From Chrysomallon squamiferum (lineage: Eukaryota > Animalia > Mollusca), in contig CM022675.1 in the NCBI GenBank assembly GCA_012295275.1, forward strand, positions 15,624,001-15,688,000: a DNA stretch of 64,000 nt. The letters are read 5' to 3'. How positions within the stretch are numbered: position 1 is the stretch's first letter; each line of letters starts with the position of its first letter. Both the position numbers and the translations under genes were made by a program. Shown here piece after piece: positions 54,436 to 64,000 of this stretch. The notes beneath the pieces were generated by a model. That model did not search any database, had not been told where the DNA came from, and saw only the letters and a list, made by a program, of their open reading frames with translations.

Positions 54436-55539
54436 TCAAGTGTCGTCCTCAACGTTATTGGACAAATTCGTGATTTTTGTTCCGTTCGCCTTTGATTTCG
54501 CTTCGGAAAAACGTCTGTACTGTGACTCGTCCAGCTCGGTCTGGAACTTTGCGGGTTTCTTCTCGGCACAACACCACTTGGTGAACGACTGTCTGAACAG
54601 TTTGTTAAAGAGGCAATAGATAATGAAGTTGGTAGCAGCGTTCAAGGCCATTAAAGTGTCGGTGAACTCGCGAATCCCCTTCACCAGGTTCCCGGCCTCG
54701 TGGTACCCGAAGCCGAACACGGTGGACATGATGGCGTCCGGCGTTATGCAGACCATAAACACGACTATCACCATGATCATCATCACCGTGACGCGGTGCC
54801 GCGAGTTGTTGCGCCTGCTCGCTCTCGACTTGCGCAGTGCGCCGATGATGCAGGCGTTCAGTCCTACAAGCACGATGAGCGGTATTATCGAGCGAAGCAG
54901 GTTCTGCGCCCACGTGTACGCCGTCACGAACGCTTCGTTCTTCCACAGCTCCGTCAGGTGCACGTCCAGCATAGGCGACTGCAGCGACGAGTCCCAGCAC
55001 CAGTTCGTCCGGTACCGGAAGGCGGACGGCAGCGCCACCAAAGTCATTATGACGTAAACGGAAAGAATGGTGAGAACGGCGCGTATCCGGCTGCACATTT
55101 CCCGCGCTTTGGTCGGGTGGCACACCATGATGTACCGCTCTACCGCCACAGACACCGTCAGCCAGGAAGAAATGCACACAGACAGGCTGAAAATAAAATG
55201 TGCGTAAGGATACAGGTAGCCATAGGCCCTGTTGCCCATGATTGTGTCTATCTTGTAGAATATTGTCACCATGAAGTAGAGGATGTCGTTTATCAGCTTC
55301 ACGGCGTCTGACACTGCCAGGGCGCTGAGAAAGGCGTTGGTTGACGACCGCATGTTTTTCTGTGACATCACAATCACCGTGAGAATGTTTCCGATTAGAC
55401 CCGGAAAGCAGATGCACGGGTAGAGGATGAGGCCGTTGATGTTCCTCGCTGTCAGGTAGAACTCGGAGTACGCCTGGTCGTGCATGTCCTCCGCCTGCGT
55501 GCAGTTCACGAGCGAGAAGTTCGTCAAGTTGTTAGCCAT
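54436..55539 (-). CDS. Class A (rhodopsin-like) peptide GPCR of the FMRFamide / sex-peptide / myosuppressin receptor-like group, 367 aa, intronless CDS
   Basis: Seven hydrophobic segments with TM1 GLIGN, TM2 LAVSD, TM3 AVERYIMVCHP, TM6 FMVCITPD and TM7 NAATNFIIY (NFxxY is typical of this group). N-terminal sequons NLT, NFS and NCT. Codons are GC-rich compared with the flanks. Confidence 0.95.
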   Translation of the reverse strand: MANNLTNFSLVNCTQAEDMHDQAYSEFYLTARNINGLILYPCICFPGLIGNILTVIVMSQKNMRSSTNAFLSALAVSDAVKLINDILYFMVTIFYKIDTIMGNRAYGYLYPYAHFIFSLSVCISSWLTVSVAVERYIMVCHPTKAREMCSRIRAVLTILSVYVIMTLVALPSAFRYRTNWCWDSSLQSPMLDVHLTELWKNEAFVTAYTWAQNLLRSIIPLIVLVGLNACIIGALRKSRASRRNNSRHRVTVMMIMVIVVFMVCITPDAIMSTVFGFGYHEAGNLVKGIREFTDTLMALNAATNFIIYCLFNKLFRQSFTKWCCAEKKPAKFQTELDESQYRRFSEAKSKANGTKITNLSNNVEDDT

Positions 55540-55594
55540 GTTCGGTTACAACGAGTCCCGTCACACTGGCGAATGCAGCGCTACAAACACTCTG

Positions 55595-55832
55595 CAGAAC
55601 TGTCAGAAATTCAACACTTTTATTTCTCTGTGGAATTGCGAGAAATTTATCTTTTATTGCTCTACAGCACTTTGAAACTGTGAGAAATTTAACACTTTTT
55701 TTTCTGTTGAGAACGTTGAACTGTGAGAAATTTAACACTTTTATTTTTTTTTACTATAGAGAACGTTGAACTGTGAGAAATTTAACACTTATTTTTCTGT
55801 TGAGAACGTTGAACTGTGAGAAATTTAACTGT
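55595..55832. repeat. About 40-bp tandem repeat just upstream of the GPCR start codon
   Basis: GAACTGTGAGAAATTTAACACTT...TTCTGTTGAGAACGTT, about 6 variant copies. Confidence 0.85.
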
Positions 55833-57552
55833 TTTTCTCTAGTTTAATTTCGCACAGACGCAGTCACAGGAACATTTCTACGTCTTCTGTCTTTCATTGT
55901 TCAGCTGGAGAAGCACTTCGTTTCTGTTCGAATTTCACTACGAAACTTTTATGTTATCTTTTCACATAACTCGTATATTATTAACAACTAAAACTCGATT
56001 ACCTATGCAGTTTCACGCTAGACTGTTTATTTTTTCACACAAATAATTACAAAACGAAGTATACATACAGACTTCAACAAATCCCAGTTATCTGAAACGA
56101 ATAAATCCATAAAGGTCAAGTTCCACTGCTGACCTCAATGCTCATACTAATTAACTAATCGACATTTTACAATCTCCCACGATGATTACCGAGCAATTAG
56201 TAAAACTAAGAGCTAAACTTCCGGTGTAATTATTCAAATTCATGGCTACAAAATGAACGGATTTCGAGTTGTAAAGATAGGTCTGTCATCGCAGTCAATC
56301 AATACATATTACAGTTTGACCTGAAAACTTCACCTGTCGTCTTGTTTTTCGACAAGCCTGTCAGTCCCTGTGTCAGTAACGGAATGCAGGTTATTCCGAT
56401 AGGCCCGAATTGGCGAGCAGAACGAGGCGCGACTGGAAAAAAGGTTTGGTTTCCGTGACGGACCTTTCAGCGCACAGGCACGCGGAGTTAACTCGCTCAC
56501 AGAATGAATAACATTTCACAGAACCGTCTTTCCAGCACGTATTACACAGCAGAGAGAATTAATCCGAATCAATTTACATCCCCTTCTTCCGCTAAAATTA
56601 GCAACCAGGACCGATGACGTTGTTTTTTTTGTGTGTGTGTTTTTTTTTACCCTCAAAATAATCGTCTAGAACTCTTCCACACGGCTTGGCTAATACTCCG
56701 CCGCGGAAAACAAACAAACCAAAAAGCGAAACAAACAAGTGAATATCTCAACACACCGCAAACGGATAATTAACTGCAAGAAAGTCAAAATAGGTGAAGG
56801 AGAATGTGTTTCCAAAGTGTGAATGGAAACACATCCAGAAGCAGTGCAAATATCAGAAATTACTAAAATACGTCACATCTCCTTCCGCCGTTTCCTGTTA
56901 TGCCAGTGGGTCTTGGAGTTGTGGAGAAGAACGAACAGAAATTAATTGCAATTACCGGAAAAAGCAAATAGCTGAATCGTCCAGGGCTTTCGTTATCACT
57001 CTGCCTTATGTGTTTCCGTCAACGCCACTTTTATCTTTCGTCGATGTCGCCTGCAGATTATTTAGATGAGCTCTGAAAAAAAACGAAAACAGAACAAAAA
57101 TGTTTAAATTATTAATAAATCGTCGAATATAAATGGATTCAGAAATATTTTTTATTGAAATTTAGTCTAGACTCGCTTATTGATAACAACAACACCAGCA
57201 TTATCATCAATAAATGGCTACATCACTTCGAACGTCAACAACAATAACAACATAATGATGATAATGATGTTAAATATTTAATTGTACAACGACGTTTCGC
57301 TGCATTTTTAGTATTGACAATATTAATTACATAGAATGAAAAAGGCAATAAAAATAAAAAATTTCTTTCGCCATTTGCTCAGCTTCTGTTATTGACTGGC
57401 GCATGCATCACGTTCGCTCTTTGACAAATCAGTCGTGGAGCACAGGTTGGGATGGGAAATAACCCAGTGAAGAGGATTGAACTGCAGCAAATATGACTTT
57501 ACACCAGCGTTCTAAATATTAACCTATATCCAGCTTTTTTAATAATTATTAC

Positions 57553-57617
<65 letters not shown>

Positions 57618-58944
57618 CGCTCGCTCTTAAAAAAATATATTTAATAATGACAAAAAAATCCTTTTTCAAGTATGTTTATTTTTTCATTTGTGTGTCTGTT
57701 TGTTTGTTTGTTTACTTATTTATTGCTTTGTTTGTTGTTGTTTTTTTGTTTTGTTGTTGTTTTTTGTCATTTTGTCAAGAGAAAAAAAAAAGATAGAATA
57801 CTATTACTGTGAAACAATTACTTAGTGGTGACATATTATTATTATTTTTATTTTTTTCACTTATTACTTTGCTTTTTATTAGATTAAACATCCTCTCTCT
57901 AAATACACGACAATGATCTGACTCTGCACCACGGATTTGCTCAGCTCCCCCCAACTGTCAACGTTTTCTTCATAACCGACTTTGTCAACGCGTGGATTAG
58001 ACACGCAGACAGTCCATTCTCTTCACTCAGTCGTAAACCCGACTGACCGTTCAGGACAAAGTTATCAGGTTAGTGTGTTAGTATGCAAGACAATTAACAC
58101 GAGAAAAGTACAGCCGTCTTCCCCCCACCCCCACTTCCTTCCTATTGTCAGCACCATAGTGTTTACTTAGTAATATTAAAACCGAGATCTGGTCAGTTGT
58201 ACATGAGATTTGTCTTTTGTGTTTCTTGTCATTACTGAAAGTGAAGCTTACTGAATCTGGACGTACTAAGCAGATTAATAAATGAACGGTAATATCTAAT
58301 CGACAAATGGAAGGAAATAAATGATCTAAAAGTTTACAACTTTAATCAACTATATTTTAAGATGCTTTTGCACAAAAGTGTTATTGCAGCTACAACTACA
58401 GCACTTACTAATACTGCTACAGCTACTACTACTACTACTACTACTGCTACCAATATTACTGCTATTACATATATTAATTATTACTACCAATATAACCACT
58501 ATTGGTATATTATTATTATTACTATTCTACTTCAGCTATTATTGCTTCAGGTATTACTACATCTGCCACTTTTTGTTTTACTACTACAACTACTACTACA
58601 GCTACTACTTCTACTACTACAACTACCACTACTACTACCACCATCCCTGTATTTTACCACAACTATTACTAGTACTATTCTTACTGGCATTGTTATTACT
58701 GCTATTACCACTACTTTTACTACTACCAATATTATACTATTCCTACTACAATTTCTACTATTATTACTACAGCTATTACTACTACTACTATTACTACTGC
58801 GTTTACTATAATACTTTTACTACTACTACTATTACGATTACGACAACGACTACTACTACTACTATTACTACTACTACTATACCTGCAAGTACAATTATTC
58901 ATGCTGTTATTAGTAGAAATAATAGTCAGTGTTAGTTATAGAAT

Positions 58945-59340
58945 AGTAAATACTAGTTCTGTTACCGTGAAAGCCCTATTCTAGTATAACTAATTCTAGT
59001 TCTAGTGTAAATACTACTTTTGTTCCAGTATAAATACTAGTTCAGTTCTAATCAAAATATTACTTTTATTCGAGTACATACACTAGTTTTTTCTAGTATC
59101 AGTCTAGTTTTGTTATAGTATCAATACTAATTTTTTCTAATATCGATACTAGTTTTGTTGTATCAATACTTTTTTTTTCTAGTATTTTTGTTGTATTGCA
59201 AACTAGTTGTATTGCAGTCTGTATACTAGTTCTGTTCTAGTTTAAACATTAGTTTTCTGATGCTAGATACACTGTACTGCTGGTTCTAGATACACTGTAC
59301 TGCTGGTTCTAGATACACTGTACTGCTGGTTCTAGATGCG
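58945..59340. repeat. Degenerate 23-bp repeat array ending in three perfect 23-bp copies
   Basis: Decayed ACTAGTTCTGTTCTAGTATAA-like units, followed by CTAGATACACTGTACTGCTGGTT x3 at 59264-59337. Confidence 0.75.
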
Positions 59341-59821
59341 GCTAATACGTCGCACATCTGATTAGCAACAACACAAGCGGTGGTAATAGAAGATAACGAA
59401 GAAGACAGATGACATTATTCACAAAATTACTGCTTTCTGACCTCGTTCATTTCATCTCGCTTTGCCGTTCTGATCTGAAACAGAATGAAATGATTTCGAC
59501 GACCCTGGACTGTGCAGCAGCATCGCGGAGAGTGGGCTGTGTAATTATTTCAGTCTTGACTCAGATGTTAACATTCACTGGCACGAGTTTCGATCACTGG
59601 CGACCATGTTCTCAGAAACATCAATACACGTAATTGTCGCGTGAAAGACACCACGCGAAATCTCCACCACCACCAGCAGGGCTTAAAGAACTTTAATATT
59701 CCTTTGAAGCCTTGTATTTTGAACTGTTTGCACTGTATTATTTATTTATTTATTTATTTATTTATATATATATTTTTTTTTTTTTTTTATATAATTACAT
59801 ATAGTTGGTAATACAATTATG

Positions 59822-59879
<58 letters not shown>

Positions 59880-60744
59880 ATTATATAAATAATATATTAT
59901 GCATATGTGAAAAAGCTTTCGTGATGTTGAATGTATATATCTATCTATCCATCTATCTATCTATCTATCTATATATATATATATATATATATATCTGTCT
60001 GTCTATCTATCTATATATCTATCTATCTACCTATCTGTCTATCTATCTGCCTATATATTTATCTCTATATATATAAATAATCAATAGCAGGTAGAACAAA
60101 TTCAGAACTTTAAAGAAACATTTTTTCCAAATTTTATCTAATTTAATTAATAAGCTATAAGTAACACCCATTGATTAACATAAAAAGAGAAACGTTAAAT
60201 ATATTAACACCGAAATAACAACATGAATTATATATATATAATTACGTAATTCGAAATCAAATGAAATTGTGCCAGTAAAGTTGTTGAAATGAAAACTAAT
60301 AATTTAATAAGAGACACAGGATACTATACAGAGGGAAAAACTTCAAAGCGGATTAAAAACACATCATTTCCTGAGTGGAAACTGAGCTGATTTTTATTGG
60401 CCGCGTACATGCGCATGAATACGGTCCATTTTTTTTACTCTGCTTGGCCTCGTTTTCACATTCAATATTTAGCGGTGAACCAATAAAATCAATCGAGTCA
60501 TTTGTCGTCAAATCCTCAGGACTAACAATGCCATTCTTCACCAACGAAAGGGCCTCAAATTAATAATAACTGAATTTTGTTTTAAATTCCTCCTTTAAAC
60601 AGAGCGGCACCAGCTTGTTGGCAGGACGGTAGATTGATGACGAAGAAATAAATATTGAAAATGTACGCGGTTACAGTAAGAATAATTAATAGCAATAAAA
60701 TTTCAAATCATTCTACCATGGAAACACACTAGAAATAGTTTTGT

Positions 60745-60856
<112 letters not shown>

Positions 60857-60900
60857 GTTAGTTATATTATATATATTTCTACATTAAACTGTGGGATGTC

Positions 60901-61060
60901 ATTATTCAGTCCAGCGTCCATTATCTATAATGATGACAGTTTTCATTACAGAATTAAGTAGATATAATCCAATAAAATAATAATGAAAAGCCAGTGCAAG
61001 TGTATCTATACATGAACACAATAATAAGGTTATACTTACCGCCTCCTCTAAATCACTTGA
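60901..61060 (-). repeat. Right arm of the inverted repeat pair bracketing the GPCR gene
   Basis: Reverse complement of 50521-50645. It contains a minus-strand GCG|GTAAGT splice-donor consensus at about 61034-61042. Confidence 0.9.
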
Positions 61061-61768
61061 TATCATCGAGGCCATGGCTCTACGTGTGTTCAGAGTAATG
61101 ATACAGGGAGAAATAAGAACACTGAAAATCCATATGGAACCGTTAATGTGCAGAAAGCCCGCTTCGGCTGATTCTCAAGTACCAGAGAGTTTGTTAGTTA
61201 ACAATCACGTGCAATATCTGCCGTATCATTACCAGCAGTCGCTTAATTCTGTTAACCCTTTCAGTTCCACGAAACGATGCAAATAAGTGAAATTTCGAGA
61301 TTGCCAAGCAAACATGTCGAGCAAACTGACAACCTCGGTTTGTGGTCGAACAGAAAAAATGGCGAAAAAATATTGTAATTTTCTTGATCTGACTACTGTT
61401 AAATTACAAGTAGTAGTTGATTTTATAATTATAAAATATCGAGAATGACTTTTTTTTAGATCTCAAAGCAAGTAATGTCAGATAAGATGCAGAGTTAATG
61501 TGTACCGTAAAAATGTCCATTGAAAATGTTTTACATTTCAAAGCAAATAGTAATAACAAAGATTCAATTTGCAAAGAACAAAAAAATAGAAATGAAACAA
61601 AATTACAACATAAAAACATAACAAAAACAAACCAAACGAAAACAAAACAACAAAAGAAAAGAAATAAAAAATCAACAAGACAATGACAAAAAAAAAAAAA
61701 AAAAACGAAATGTCTACAAGGAATTTTCCAGATCTTTTTTTTTAAATTTCAAACGAATCAGTTTAAAC

Positions 61769-62095
61769 GAGAGGTCGGCAAAGCTTGGCCCGCGGGCCTC
61801 ATCGAGTGAGTCAGCTCAACACTTGGACACCAATTATTACATTAACTTCACTGTTTTTTTCTCCAGACCAAAGCAGCCTGGCTTTGTAGCATCCCTTTTT
61901 TGTGATCAGTATTGAAGTTAGAATTGACAGAGACAGAGATATCGGTGTGTGTGTGTGTGTGTGTGTGTGCGTGCGTGCGCGTGTGTGTGTATATGTGTGT
62001 GTTGCATAATATGTAATACATTTGATAGCTCGGCCCTCCTCCAAAATTCTTCATTGCTGTCTGGTCCCCTCTCTCCAAAGGTTTGCCGACCCCTG
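61769..62095. mobile_element. Non-autonomous hAT (Charlie-like) MITE, 327 bp
   Basis: TIRs GAGAGGTCGGCAAA and TTTGCCGACCCCTG (12/14 match), 8-bp TSD GTTTAAAC/ATTTAAAC, and a subterminal GGCCCGCGGGCC motif. Confidence 0.9.
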
Positions 62096-63069
62096 ATTTA
62101 AACAACGTATTGACCTCGGCTACTGAACGAATTGAAACACACATAAATAAAACAAACCTGTAATGTAGATCAATAGCGTGAACGACACCTGAATAATTAT
62201 TGTGTTTTATAAATCGTTTATGTTCTGTTCCTTTAACAAAACCACTATTGACGCAGTCTGTTACTTATATTTAATATATTGTAGAAAGGACATTCTGATA
62301 TTTATATTGCTGATACAAACGTCAGGGTCTCTAATTCACCGCTGTGTTTAAATTTACCTCCTGTTTCCAAAGGCATGTGTATTTCTGGTTTATATGTATA
62401 TATAAAATTAAAAAAAAATATATATATATATAAAACAAATGAAAAAAAAAGAAAAGAAAAGAAAAAAAGGAAAAATCAAAATTAAATAAAAGGTACTGAC
62501 TGCTACTACTTCTATTTCTACTACCACTAATAATAACGTAACAAAAGAAATGAAACTGTTCGACTCAAGAGTACTAAAAAATCAAATTTGGAAGAGTTAA
62601 TTAATCACACAGACAAAATTTAATGGAAGTCAAACATTTGATATTTCTGGCAGAGTTTTGTTATTTTTCTATTGGCACAAACTGATTTACGCGGCGATAA
62701 GCAGGAAACTCGAGTTCGTTGTTTGAGTTAGTAATGGATGTTTTTTGTTTTTGCGACTGAAATAACTCGGTTGCCAATGGCGACGCATCCCATGTCGACA
62801 GCATATTAAGTGACTGGTTTATCTTTGAAACGATTATCAGTCTATCTGCTGCGTTATTAATCTGTCATCTTTCTATCCTTTCACTCTTCCTTCCTTCCGA
62901 GTAAAATGAACATAACAAAATGTCTGAGTTGTCTTATTTGGAAAGTTCACTTTACGTAAATTGTTATATTCTCAGAGTAACCACCCTTTTTCAAATCTTG
63001 TGAGTGGATGCAGAATAAAATATAGCATTAGTTTAGTTCAAGTATAAATATTAATTGTTTTTCTATGAT

Positions 63070-63400
63070 TACTAGTTCTGTTCTAGTATAAGAACTAATT
63101 CTGTTCTAGTACAAGTATTAGTTCTGTTCTAGTATAAGTACTAGTTCTGTTCTAGTATAAGTACTAGTTCTGTTCTAGTATAAGTACTAGTTCTGCTCTA
63201 GTACAAGTATTAGTTCTGTTCTAGTATAAGTACTAGTTCTGTTCTAGTATAAGAACTAATTCTGTTCTAGTACAAGTATTAGTTCTGTTCTAGTATAAGT
63301 ACTAGTTCTGTTCTAGTATAAGTACTAGTTCTGCTCTAGTTTTGATTTAGTTCTAGTATAAGTACTAGTTCTGTTCTAGTATAAGTACTAATTCTGTTCC
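63070..63400. repeat. 23-bp minisatellite (about 14 units)
   Basis: Unit ACTAGTTCTGTTCTAGTATAAGT. Confidence 0.95.
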
Positions 63401-64000
63401 GGGCTGTTCCAGTTCTGTGTGGGCTGGTACACTTCTGACACTGTTTTCTACTTTGCTGACCGATTTTCTTCACTGTACGGATATAGCTACCTGGAGAGCT
63501 ATTTTCTATCTAATTTACTCAGAACGACTTTTTTACGTCCTATAAATGTAATTAAACACATTTCATCTTGTAAGTTACACGATCAGAATTACAGAGAAAC
63601 CCTAGAAGGTGATGACAGATTCCCGAAACTGTTAATGTCTAAACGTGTCGTGTTTCCTTCTTGTCAGAACACAGTCACTGAGTTGTACTTGTTTTAAAAG
63701 TACGAGGAACCAATCAGCTGAAAATATCGAGTGTGCGACTTTATCAGTATGAACGTAACAGCAGAGATAAAATATAAATTTGTAAGAAAATACTTCCAAA
63801 ACATTCGTCCGGTATGAAAGACTGGTTCTCGACTGTTATCTGAGGTAGGCTACAAAGATGCGTAGCATGATAAAAATAATTCATATTTTTTACGGAAAGT
63901 GCCGAAACGTGAAACCGGTTGATCGTTTATTAATTAATTTCTTAGTTTATTTAATTTATTTATGGCATAATATAAATTATATTAAAACTACATTGTTAAA

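Noticed and set aside
54605-55417. 270-aa alternative-frame ORF and antisense ORFs (54623-55057, 54700-55311) over the GPCR
   Set aside because: These are expected shadows of GC-rich codon usage and show no recognisable motifs.
63841-63862. TGAGGTAG let-7-like seed
   Set aside because: The rest of the sequence does not match let-7 and no hairpin is evident.

Overview
This is AT-rich, microsatellite-rich animal genomic DNA with spliceosomal (GT-AG) genes; a lophotrochozoan, probably mollusc, origin is inferred. The ORF track captures only one real gene, an intronless class A peptide GPCR (54436-55539, minus strand). Reading the minus strand for splice sites gave three more gene types. (1) An unprocessed DDX52/Rok1 DEAD-box helicase pseudogene at about 73-2627. 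(2) An intact four-exon gene at 5572-8159 for a 126-aa secreted, toxin-like protein: signal peptide, 4-Cys EGF-like module and two 5-Cys ShK-like modules. (3) Two intact copies of a four-exon gene for a 101-aa, 6-Cys, predicted GPI-anchored, neuritin-like protein (20189-21793 and 29225-30806). These two copies lie in a tandem duplication (16569-25585 / 25586-32568) whose units each end in a 22-bp minisatellite. The window also holds a LINE 3' fragment, a deleted Tigger element, a hAT MITE with target-site duplication, several inverted-repeat pairs (one brackets the GPCR) and many mini- and microsatellites. There is no CRISPR array, and no tRNA or rRNA gene was recognised. All translations and alignments were done by eye.
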